From NCBI RefSeq assembly GCF_018350175.1, contig NC_058368.1:33668001-33732000 (forward strand): DNA of 64,000 bases, given 5' to 3'. Shown here in pieces: positions 1-11,180 of the stretch. The position numbers and the translations under genes were made by a program. Numbering within the stretch: the first letter of the stretch is position 1; each line of letters begins with the position of its first letter. This DNA comes from Felis catus (lineage: Eukaryota). A model generated the notes under the pieces. It was not told where the DNA came from. It saw only the letters and a list, made by a program, of their open reading frames with translations, and ran no database searches.

Positions 1-59
1 TCTCATTCCTTTCTCATCCATGGAGCAGCCTGTTCCCTTTTTTGTTGGTTTATCTTGTT

Positions 60-1469
60 TTGGTGAAAAAATATTTTCCAGTTGATTTATAAAAATAGGA
101 AATATCTTTTTAAGCTTGCTGTCCATCAGAAAATTATTATATTCTATACCCTAGAGAAATCTCCAATACAGATTATTTTCAATAAGAATTTTCAAATTAT
201 GTCTCCGTTGTCTTACTCTCTTTTGCTGTTGATATTAAGATATTTTCTTTATTTCCCATCCTTCCTGTGTTACTTTTTCTTTTACTCTGAAAGGATTTAG
301 AATCTTTATTTTAATCCTGGTATTCTGAAAATTCACACTGATACATGCCTTGGGCTGCGTCTTTATTTCATTCTGAGGGTCCTTTCTAGACCCTTTTGAG
401 ATGATTGCCTACAGTCAAAGAAAGTTTTCTTGTGTCATTATCTGAATATTTTCCCTGTGTTCCATGTATTTTCTCTTTTTGAAAACACTGTTAGTTGGAT
501 TCCACACACCCTTATTATCTATTTATTTTATTTTATGTTTCAATACTCCTACTTTTAAGGATTTCATTAATTTAATTTTCCAACTTTTCTATTAATTATT
601 GACATTGACTGGTATCATTTTTTATTAACTTTGTATTCAGTGCATTTTTTGTGATTTTTTTTGATGTTACAGATGCATTAAGTTTTCTCTCTGAGGACAT
701 TAATCAGAGTTTACAGTTTTTGACACTATTCTGCTGCATTTACTGTATTTTTTCCTATTTCCATTATTTTTGTTTTTCTTTTGTTTAGCTTCTGTCTTTC
801 CTGATGAAGACTCTCAACAAACTCTATCGATGCTTTTTTGGCATCTCAGATTTAAAATGTAAGTACTAAACAGATAACTGAAAGTTCTGTTAAGGACAGG
901 TTTGCTTATCTGGTGGAACCGAATATAGAATGGTCAGGGAGTAAGAAATATTTTGTGGAGTCATCCCAAAAGTCAGTACCCACAGGCTTTCCAAGGCTAA
1001 TTTTTTCCCAGAAGAAAAAAATTCTCTAAGTGGTTGAGTAGGAAAAAATCAGTCCTGTAACATCCTCACCATTCACTGAGATAATGTTTGTTTAATCTGT
1101 TGCTTTCTCTCCTATACTTTCTTTAATTCTTCTCTTTACTGTGTCTAGGTCTTCCAGTCTGGAGACTTTTGCTTCAATCTCTCCAGTTTATGTGCTTTCT
1201 GATTCTTGGGATAAACTGGATAGAGATTTCAGAGTTTTGTAGCTTTCTGGGGACCAAAGCTGTCTTTGTCTACACTCTTTAGACCAACCTCCTGCTTTTT
1301 ATTTCCTATTCTCACCCCTATCCTTCACAGGACCTCATGCAATGACTTTCTGTAGATTTCAGGAGTTGTTCAGGGAAAGCTATCTTCTTTTTAATTGGGA
1401 TTTCCCTGTGTAGGAAACAAGTATTTCACTGTACTCCCTTGGCTAAGGCATTTACCACTCTGTCCATTT
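60..1469 (-). mobile_element. Highly degraded ancient L1M/HAL1-like 5'/ORF1 region, apparently the target of the young L1 insertion
   Basis: T-rich plus strand with decayed antisense L1 ORF1-like motifs; no open frame; boundaries approximate. Confidence 0.4.
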
Positions 1470-1741
1470 CCAACTATTGTGGTTTTTGTGTTTTTTTTTT
1501 TGTTTTTGTTTTTGTTTTCAATATATGAAATTTATTGCCAAATTGGTTTCCATACAACACCCAGTGCTCATCCCAAAAGGTGCCCTCCTCAATACCCATC
1601 ACCCACCCTCCTCTCCCTCCCACCCCCCATCAACCCTCAGTTTGTTCTCAGTTTTTAAGAGTCTCTTAATGCTTTGGCTCTCTCCCACTCTAACCTCTTT
1701 TTTTTTTCCTTCCCCTCCCCCATGGCTTTCTGTTAAATTTC

Positions 1742-4700
1742 TCAGGATCCACATAAGAGTGAAAACATATGGTATCTGTCTTTCTCCGTATGGCTTATTT
1801 CACTTAGCATCACACTCTCCAGTTCCATCCACGTTGCTACAAAAGGCCATATTTCGTTCTTTCTCATTGCCATGTAGTACTCCATTGCGTATATAAACCA
1901 CAATTTCTTTACCCATTCATCAGTTGATGGACATTTAGGCTCTTTCCATAATTTGGCTATTGTTGAGAATGCTGCTATAAACATTGGGGTACAAGTGCCC
2001 CTATGCATCAGTACTCCTATATCTCTTGGGTAAATTCCTAGCAGTGCTATTGCTGGGTCATAGGGTAGGTCTATTTTTAATTTTTTGAAGAACCTCCACA
2101 CTGTTTTCCAGAATGGCTGCACCATTTTGCATTCCCACCAACAGTGCAGGAGGGTCTCCGTTTCTCCACATCCTCTCCAGCATCTATAGTCTCCTGATTT
2201 GTTCATTTTGGCCACTCTGACTGGAGTGAGGTGATATCTGAGTGTGGTTTTGATTTGTATTTCCCTGATGAGGAGCGACGTTGAGCATCTTTTCATGTGC
2301 CTCTTAGCCATCCGGATGTCTTCTTTAGAGAAGTGTCTATTCATGTTTTCTGCCCATTTCTTCACTGGGTTATTTGTTTTTCGGGTGTGGAGTTTGGTGA
2401 GCTCTTTATAGATTTTGGATACTAGCCCTTTGTCCGATATGCCATTTGCGAATATCTTTTCCCATTCCGTTGGTTGCCTTTTAGTTTTGTTGGTTGTTTC
2501 CTTTGCTGTGCAGAAGCTTTTAATCTTCATAAGGTCCCAGTAATTCATTTTTGCTTTTAATTCCCTTGCCTTTGGGGATGTGTCGAGTCAGAGATTGCTA
2601 CGGCTGAGATCAGAGAGGTCTTTTCCTGCTTTCTCCTCTAGGGTTTAGATGGTTTCCTGTCTCACATTCAGGTCCTTTATCCATTTGGAGTTTATTTTTG
2701 TGAATGGTGTGAGAAAGTGGTCTAGTTTCAACCTTCTGCATGTTGCTGTCCAGTTCTCCCAGCACCATTTGTTAAAGAGGCTGTCTTTTTTCCATTGGAT
2801 GTTCTTTCCTGCTTTGTCAAAGATGAGTTGGCCATACTTTTGTGGGTCTAGTTCTGGGGTTTCTATTCTATTCCATTGGTCTATGTGTCTGTTTTTGTGC
2901 CAATACAATGCTGTCCTGATGATGACAGCTTTGTAGTAGAGGCTAAAGTCTGGGATTGTGATGCCTCCTGCTTTGGTCTTCTTCTTCAAAATTACTTTGG
3001 CTATTCGGGGCCTTTTGTGGTTCCATATGAATTTTAGGATTGCTTGTTCTAGCTTTGAGAAGAATGCTGGTGCAATTTTGATTGGGATTGCATTGAATGT
3101 GTAGATAGCTTTGGGTAGTATTGACATTTTGACAATATTTATTCTTCCAATCCATGAGCAGGGAATGTCTTTCCATTTCTTTATATCTTCTTCAATATCC
3201 TTCATAAGCTTTCTATAGTTTTCAGCATACAGATCTTTTACATCTTTGGTTAGATTTATTCCTAGGTATTTTATGCTTCTTGGTGCAATTGTGAATGGGA
3301 TCAGTTTCTCTATTTGCCTTTCTGTTGCTTCATTATTAGTGTATAAGAATGCAACTGATTTCTGTACATTGATTTTGTATCCTGCAACTTTGCTGAATTC
3401 ATGTATCAGTTCTAGTAGACTTTTGGTGGAGTCTATCGGATTTTCCATGTATAATATCATGTCATCTGCAAAAAGTGAAAGCTTGACTTCATCTTTGCCA
3501 ATTTTGATTCCTTTGATTTCCTTTTGTTGTCTGATTGCTGATGCTAGAACTTCCAACACTATGTTAAACAACAGCGGTGAGAGTGGGCATCCCTGTCGTG
3601 TTCCTGATCTCAGGGAAAAAGCTCTCAGTTTTTCCCCATTGAGGATGATGTTAGCTGCGGGCTTTTCATAAATGGCTTTTATGATGTTTAAGTATGTTCC
3701 TTCTATCCCGACTTTCTCAAGGGTTTTTATTAAGAAACCGTGCTGGATTTTGTCAAAGGCCTTTTCTGCATCGATTGACAGGATCAAAATGTTCTTCTCT
3801 TTTCTTTTATTAGTGTGATGTATCACGTTGATTGATTTGTGAATGTTGAACCAGCCCTGCATCCCAGGAATGAATCTCAATTGATCATGGTGAATAATTC
3901 TTTTTATAGGCTGTTGAATTCGATTGGCTAGTATGTTATTGAGAATTTTTGCATCCATATTCATCAGGGATATTGGCCTGTAGTTCTCTTTTTTTACTGG
4001 TTCTCTGTCTGGTTTAGGAATCAAAGTCATACTGGCTTCATAGAATGAGTCTGGAAGTTTTCCTTCCCTTTCTATTTCTTGGAATAGCTTGAGAAGGATA
4101 GGTATTATCTCTGCTTTAAACATCTGGTAGAACTCCCCTGGGAAGCCATCTGGTCCTGGACTCTTATTTGTCGGGAGATTTTTGATAACCGATTCAATTT
4201 CTTCGCTAGTTATGGGTCTGTTCAAGCTTTCTATTCCTCCTGATTGAGTTTTGGAAGAGTGTGGGTGTTTAGGAATTTGTCCATTTCTTCCAGGTTGTCC
4301 AATTTGTTGGTATATAATTTTTCATAGTATTCCCTGATAATTGTTTGTATCTCTGAGGGATTGGTTGTAATAATTCCATTTTCATTCATGATTTTATCTA
4401 TTTGGGTCATCTCCCTTTTCTTTTTGAGAAGCCTGGCTAGAGGTTTGTCAATTTTGTTTATTTTTTCAAAAAACCAACTCTTGGTTTCGTTGATCTGCTC
4501 TACAGTTTTTTTAGATTCTATATTGTTTATTTCTGCTCTGATCTTTATTATTTCTCTTCTTCTGCTGGGTTTAGGCTGCCTTTGCTGTTCTGCTTCTAGT
4601 TCCTTTAGGTGTGCTGTTAGATTTTGTATTGGGATTTTTCTTGTTTCATGAGATAGGCCTGATTGCAATGTATTTTCCTCTCAGGACTGCCTTCGCTGCA

Positions 4701-5563
4701 TCCCAAAGCGTTTGGATTGTTGTATTTTCATTTTCATTTGTTTCCATATATTTTTTAATTTCTTCTCTAATTGCCTGGTTGACCCACTCATTCGTTAGTA
4801 GGGTGTTCTTTAACCTCCATGCTTTTGGAGGTTTTCCAGACTTTTTCCTGTGGTTGATTTCAAGCTTCATAGCATTGTGGTCTGAAAGAATGCATGGTAT
4901 AATTTCAATTCTTGTATACTTATGAAGGGCTGTTTTGTGACCCAGTATATGATCTATCTTGGAGAATGATCCATGTGCACTCGAGAAGAAAGTATATTCT
5001 GCTGCTTTGGGATGCAGAGTTCTAAATATATCTGTCAAGTCCATCTGATCCAATGTGTCATTCAGGGCCCTTGTTTCTTTATTGACCATGTGTCTAGATG
5101 ATCTATCCATTTCTGTAAGTGGAGTGTTAAAGTCCCCTGCAATTACCACATTCTTATCAATAAGGTTGCTTATGTTTGTGAGGAATTGTTTTATATATTT
5201 GGGGGCTCCGGTATTCGGCGCATAGACATTTATAATTGTTAGCTCTTCCTGATGGTTAGACCCTATAGTTATTATATAATGCCCTTCTTCATCTCTTGTT
5301 ACAGCCTTTAATTGAAAGTCTAGTTTGTCTGATATAAGTATGGCTACTCCAGCTTTCTTTTGGCTTCCAGTCGCATGATAAATAGTTCTCCATCCCCTCA
5401 CTCTCAATCTAAAGGTGTCCTCAGGTCTAAAATGAGTCTCTTGTAGACAGCAAATAGATGGGTCTTGTTTTTTTATCCATTCTGATACCCTATGTCTTTT
5501 GGTTGGCACATTTAATCCATTTACATTCAGTGTTATTATAGAAAGATACGGGTTTAGAGTCAT
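1742..5563 (-). pseudogene. ORF2: L1 ORF2 (APE endonuclease + reverse transcriptase + CCHC domain), disrupted
   Basis: Starts MTLNPYLSII (ATG 5563); EN motifs CCLQETH, GDFNTPL, SDHN; RT motifs [18 protein letters not shown]...HCWWEC. Three inferred 1-bp deletions (about 4660, 4629, 4234) and in-frame stops at 2645-2647 (TAA) and 2588-2590 (TGA); restored length about 1274 aa. Confidence 0.96.
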
Positions 5564-5613
5564 TGTGATGTCTGTATGTTTTATGCTTGTAGCGATGTCT
5601 CTGGTACTTTGTC

Positions 5614-6509
5614 TCACAGGATCCCCCTTAGGATCTCTTGTAAGGCTGGTTTAGTGGTGACGAATTCCTTCAGTTTTTGTTTGTTTGGGAAGACCTTTAT
5701 CTCTCCTTCTATTCTAAATGACAGACTTGCTGGATAAAGGATTCTCGGCTGCATAATTTTTTCTGTTGAATACATTGAAGATCTCGTGCCAATCCTTTCT
5801 GGCCTGCCAAGTTTCAAAAGAGAGATCAGTCAGGAGTCTTATAGGTCTCCCTTTATATGTGAGGGCACGTTTATCCCTTGCTGCTTTCAGAATTTTCTCT
5901 TTATCCTTGTATTTTGCCAGTTTCACTATGATATGTCGTGCAGAAGATCGATTCAAGTTCCGTCTGAAGGGAGTTCTCTGTGCCTCTTGGATTTCAATGC
6001 CTTTTTCCTTCCCCAGTTCAGGGAAGTTCTCAGCTATTATTTCTTCAAGTACCCCTTCAGCACCTTTCCCTCTCTCTTCCTCCTCTGGGATACCAATTAT
6101 GCATATATTATTTCTTTTTAGTGTATCACTTAGTCCTCTAATTTTCCCCTCATACTCCTGGATTTTTTTTATCTCTCTTTTTCTCAGCTTCCTCTTTTTC
6201 CATAACTTTATCTTCTAGTTCACCTATTCTCTCTTCTGCCTCTTCAATCCGAGCCGTCATCGTTTCCATTTTATTTTGCATTTTGTTTAAAGCGTTTTTC
6301 AGCTCCTCGTGACTGTTCCTTAGTCCCTTGATCTCTGTAGCAAGAGATTCTCTGCTGTCCTGTATACTGTTTTCAAGCCCAGCGATTAATTTTATGACTA
6401 TTATTCTAAATTCACTTTCTGTTATATTATTTAAATCCTTTTTGATCAGTTCATTGGCTGTTGTTATTTCCTGGAGATTCTTCTGAGGGGAATTCTTCCG
6501 TTTGGTCAT
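5614..6509 (-). pseudogene. ORF1: L1 ORF1 (coiled-coil, RRM, CTD RNA-binding protein), disrupted
   Basis: ATG 6509 (MTKRKNSPQKN), coiled coil RIEEAEERIGELED, RHIIVKL, YPASLSF, ends ILRGIL*; two +1 frameshifts (A-run 6163-6170 and about 5756); restored length about 297 aa. Confidence 0.94.
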
Positions 6510-7437
6510 TTTGGATAGTCCCTGGAGTGGTGCGGGCCTGCAGGGCACTTCCCCTGTGCTGTGGTGTATAACTGGAGTTGGTAGGCAGAGTCGCAGTCAG
6601 ACCTGATGTCTGCCCTCAGCCCACTGCTGGGGCCACAGTCAGTCTGGTGTGTGCCTTCTCTTCCCCTCTCCTAGGGGCTGGATTCACTGTGGGGTGGCGT
6701 GGCCCGTCTGGGCTACTTGCACATTGCCAGTCTTGTGGTGCTGGGGATCTGGTGTATTAGCTGGGGTGGGTAGGCAAGGTGCAGGGGGGGCAGGAGGGGC
6801 AGGCTTAGCTTGCTTCTCCTTAGGTGATCCACTTCAGGAGGGGCCCTGTGGCAGCAGGAGGGAGTCAGATCCACTGCCAGAGGGGTGGCTCCGCAGAAGC
6901 ACAGCGTTGGGTGTTTGCAAGGAGCAAGCAAGTTCCCTGGCAGGGACTGGTTGCCTTTGGGATTTTGGCTGGGGGATGGGCGAGGGAGGTGGCGCTGGCG
7001 AGCGCCTTTGTTCCCCGCCAAACAGCTCTGTTGTCCGGGGCTCAGCAACTCTCCCTCCCTTTGTCCTCCAGCCTTCCCGCTTTCAGAGCAGAGCTGTTAG
7101 CTTATAACCTTCCAGATGTCAGGCCCAGCTTGCTGTCGGAATACACTCCATTCGGCCCCTCTGCTTTTGCCAGCCAGACTTGGGGGCTCTGCTTGGCCGG
7201 CAGGCTGCCCCTCGGCCCCGGCTCCCTCCCGCCAGTCTGTGCAGAGTGCACCGCCTCTCCGCCCTTCGTACCCTCTTCCGTGGGCCTTTCGTCTGCGCTT
7301 GGCTCAGGAGACTCCGTTCTGCTAGTCTTCTGGTGGTTTTCTGGGTTAGTTAGGCAGGTGTAGGTGGAATCTAAGTGATCAGCATGATGCGCGATGAGCC
7401 CAGCATCCTCCTACACCGCCATCTTCCCTACCTCCTC
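6510..7437 (-). promoter_or_regulatory. L1 5'UTR internal Pol II promoter with YY1 site
   Basis: GC/CpG-rich; AAGATGGCGG (ccgccatctt 7416-7425) about 12 nt from the 5' end, as in mammalian L1s. Confidence 0.85.
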
Positions 7438-7912
7438 CCAACTATTGTGTTTTACCACTATAGTTCTCTCCAGTTTCATCAAGCTTAGATTTTTCTGTAT
7501 TTTTCTGTTTATTTTCAATGATTTTCAGATGGAAAGAATCCACATTCTTTACACTGGCATATTAAAATTGTTCAAATTGTTTTTACCAAATAATTTTGAT
7601 ATTATGTTGGAAAATTTCTGATATTTATAGGAATATTTATCTACTTGAGTTTTTTTTGTCTCCTTCTATTAAGTTTATATTACCACTATTATTTAAATAT
7701 TTGGTGGTTGTTGGAGAACCACGGTATAACTGAAGGCAGGGTACAACTGAGGTACAACTAAAAAAAGTTATTGAAAAGTAAATTTATTTTTCTTTTGGCT
7801 TTTTACATAAACTTTTAATATCTGAATATGGACATACACATAGTTTTCTAGGCTTTTATCCCTTTGTCTACCTGATAATATATCATTACAAAGTATATTG
7901 GAACACATTCTT

Positions 7913-8137
7913 TTTTTTTTTTAATTTTTTTCAACGTTTTATTTATTTTTGGGACAGAGAGAGACAGAGCATGAACGGGGGAGGGGCAGAGAGAGAGAGG
8001 GAGACACAGAATCGGAAACAGGCTCCAGGCTCTGAGCCATCAGCCCAGAGCCCGACGCGGGGCTCGAACTCAGGGACCACGAGATCGTGACCTGGCTGAA
8101 GTCGGACGCTCAACCGACTGTGCCACCCAGGCGCCCC
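7913..8137 (-). mobile_element. Young Can-SINE (SINEC_Fc-type)
   Basis: GGGGCGCCTGGGTGG head, (CT)n, AATAAA, poly(A); perfect 14-bp TSD TGGAACACATTCTT 7899-7912/8138-8151; CpGs retained. Confidence 0.95.
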
Positions 8138-8168
8138 TGGAACACATTCTTAAAAACTCAAAATTACT

Positions 8169-8340
8169 GGGGCACCGGGGTGGATCATTTGGTTAAGTGT
8201 CGACTTCAGCTCAGGTTGTGATCTGTTTGTGAGTTCAATCCCTGTGTCAGGCTCTGTGCTGACAGCTCCTAGCCTGGAACATACTTCGAATTCTCTCTCT
8301 CCCTCTCTCTCTCTGTTCCTCCCGCACTCATGCGCGCGTG

Positions 8341-8376
<36 letters not shown>

Positions 8377-8406
8377 AATACAGTAAACATTAATTTCTTT
8401 AAAGTT
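8169..8406 (+). mobile_element. Can-SINE
   Basis: tRNA-like head, (CT)n; TSD AAAATTACT 8160-8168/8407-8415. Confidence 0.9.
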
Positions 8407-8817
8407 AAAATTACTTGTGAATATAGTGACAATGTGTGGGTCTCCTAAATTACACACTATTTATCATAGGCTTGAAGAGTTATAAACATTTACTAGCTAT
8501 TAAAAATCAAAAGCACTTGGCTCAAATACCTATAAAATAGACCTAAGAATACCAGCTTATTGCACTCATGAAAAATGTTTACACCTGAATCTATTGCATT
8601 GAATTATACATTTAAAAACTTGGTTTGGAAACAAGACCCAGGGATTGAAATTCTAGGTAATTTATCAAAACCTCTTGCTAGTCATATATATTTTCTCCAT
8701 CTATGTATTTTTTCCAGTTCTTTCTTTTATGGGTAAGATTAAATATTTTCCTGAGTTCAGATGGTAGGAACACTCTGTAAACTCAACTGCACTTATATAT
8801 ATTATTCTGTCAGAATT

Positions 8818-9021
8818 TTCTTTTTAAAAATATTTATTTATTTTTGGGAGAGCACAAGTAGAGAAGGGGCAGAGAGAGGGGGACAGAGGGGTGGGAACAG
8901 CTAGCTCTGTGCTGACAGGCTGACAGCAGCGAGCCCCATGTGGGGCTCGAACTCACGAACCAGGAGATCATGACCTGAGCTGAAGTCGGACTCTCAACTG
9001 ACTGAGTCACCCAAATGCCCC
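8818..9021 (-). mobile_element. Can-SINE
   Basis: Reverse Can-SINE body; imperfect TSD ctgtcagaatt/ctgtcaaaaatt. Confidence 0.9.
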
Positions 9022-9768
9022 TGTCAAAAATTACTGATAGTTTTTATATGGTTCTATGTTTCACTGGTCTTAATATACACAATCAACATAGGTGATGTTT
9101 TCATGTACATCTGATCACAGTTAGGGCCTTACACTCAAGGAGAGAGAAAACACACTCATATTTTGAAATGTACTTGATAACTCTATGCTCTTCTTGTGCT
9201 TCAACATTTTTCAAAACTAACCAGTCTTTGAGGAAAAATGTAGCACTTTGGTTCATTTGCTTCAGACGAGTGGAAAGAATTTTGTATTAAACTAGCTCCA
9301 GATGTATTCTTTGCTTTCTAACCCACCTAGATAAAAATTCTTCTAGAAATCCCATTCTTCTAAAATGCCCACACAAACTAGATACAAATACATCTTAATA
9401 AATATTTATATTACAGGATTGAACTTTGTATATTTTGAATAATTTTACATCATTATATAGGAAAACCAAGACGCCAGAGACATTCTTTGCTGTATTTAAC
9501 AACCTGAGGCAATCAATAACTTTTAGGTAAATATTTCACTGAATATTTCTGAACAATCCATTTTCTGAACTTTTGTGCAGGATGTAACACTTAAAGTATA
9601 ACAAGCTTAGTTATTGTACTTTGGATTTTTATTTAGAAACATTTCCATAAGGATATTTTCCTATACGTTTTAAGGAGATACAATCACAGAGTTATACAAG
9701 CACTTTCCTAATCAAGATATAATCAAATTATAATCCTACATTTATGCTGTATTTGAAATATTATTTAG

Positions 9769-9964
9769 GGGGCACCTGGGTGGCTCAGTCAGTTGACATC
9801 CAACCTCGGCTCAGGTCATGATCTCACGGTTTGTGGGTTCCAGCCCAGCGTAAGGCTCTGTGCTGACAGCGCAAAGCCTTTTTGGATGGATTCTCAGTCT
9901 CATTCTCTCTCTGCCTCTCTCCTGCTCTCTCTCTCTCCCAAAAAAATAAAGGAACATTAAAAAA
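9769..9964 (+). mobile_element. Can-SINE
   Basis: Head GGGGCACCTGGGTGGCTCAG; TSD aaat(a/c)ttatttagg 9756-9769/9965-9978. Confidence 0.9.
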
Positions 9965-10078
9965 AAATCTTATTTAGGAGCATATTCTCATTGGGGATGT
10001 AACCATCAGTCAAAAGAGTAATGAGAATCTGTCAATATGAGCAAAATCATTAATATATAGGTAGGTAGACTATATATA

Positions 10079-10280
10079 TTTTTAAGTATTTATTTATTTT
10101 TGAGAGAGACAGAGACAGCATGAGAAAGGGAGGGGCAGAGAGAGAGGGAGAGAGGAACAGAGAAAGAATCCTGTCAGCACAGAACCTGATGCAGGGCTTC
10201 GACTCATGAAACCCTGGGCTCATGACCTAAGCTGAAACCAAGGGTCTGATCCTTAACCCACTGAGCCACCCAGATGCCCC
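10079..10280 (-). mobile_element. Can-SINE
   Basis: Reverse Can-SINE body; short TSD actatat. Confidence 0.88.
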
Positions 10281-10994
10281 AACTATATTTTGATATTAAG
10301 TAGATAGTACTCCTGGGGAGCAGCAAGAAAATAATTCAGTTAACCATCTTTTCATACATAGGTTCACACTAAAATTATTCTTATATCTAAAGAACTGTTT
10401 ATTATTGCAATTCAAAATTTGTACCCAAAGCAAATTTTTATAGTACAATTATTGAGAAGATAAAAAGGAGTTAGTAACAAAAACGCTGACACATCTATAA
10501 CTACACTCTTGCAACCAGGCTCCGCTATAATAAAGCATAGTTTTATTAAGCACTTAATTAATTGCCACATTAAAATGATAGGGGCCCAACTCATAAAAAT
10601 GACTTATGGGAATGCAGGCTTCTTTTGCTGTGTTAACTGAAAATGCAAGCTGTACACACCATTTAATTAAGAAAAATGTAATCAAGCAATAGTGTGGGTG
10701 TTTAGTTTGGAAGCAAAACTTGCAGGTGTAAGGGGACAAAGAGTTGTGATCATGACATCTTTAGCTGAGAGTACCAATTATTGGAAGTGACTATACACAA
10801 AGGCTTAGCAAGTGAAATTAATAAAGGTGCTCAGTGGTTTCATCCTATAGGTTTACCTATTTTCAATTTTCAATTTAGAGTTGCATATAAGACATGTATA
10901 TAGCAATCCTAATTGCAGACTATATACTCAGTGCCATTTGAGGCAATTTGTTTAAAGGCAAGTTAATAATAAGAAATATTTAACTTCTTATTCT

Positions 10995-11180
10995 ATTGCA
11001 GATATTGTGCTGAGGACTTTATATGGATTAATTTTATTTCTCTCAACAACCCTTTGAAGTTCATTCCAGTTTTACAAACACAATCTTAGGGATATTAAAT
11101 AACTTTTCTAAAGCCACACAACATGTAGTGGAGGAGACAGATTCCTAATGGGGCCAATATACTTGACTGCACGGCCTGTG
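10995..11180. mobile_element. MIR SINE relic
   Basis: Decayed MIR core (tctcaacaaccct...ttttaca...ttaaataactt...aagccacaca). Confidence 0.55.

Larger units (their letters stand above)
1482..7437 (-). mobile_element. Full-length felid LINE-1 (L1_Fc-like), about 5.96 kb, inactivated
   Basis: GC-rich 5'UTR 6510-7437, ORF1, ORF2, short 3'UTR with G-rich tract, AATAAA (tttatt 1531-1536), degenerate poly(A) 1482-1518; 12-bp TSD CCAACTATTGTG at 1470-1481 and 7438-7449. Confidence 0.97.

Noticed and set aside
2649..6218. Plus-strand ORFs of 95-150 aa over the L1
   Set aside because: Antisense shadows of L1 ORF1/ORF2; no independent coding evidence
6510..6548. Apparent N-terminal extension of ORF1 (MPCRPAPLQGLSK)
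   Set aside because: Starts at a non-ATG codon; the L1 ORF1 start is the ATG at 6509
6824..7363. 179-aa antisense ORF in the L1 5'UTR
   Set aside because: GTG start in GC-rich sequence where stops are rare; no recognisable domain
7722..7760. Three GGTA(T/C)AACT copies
   Set aside because: Tiny local slippage duplication; not a CRISPR-like or functional array
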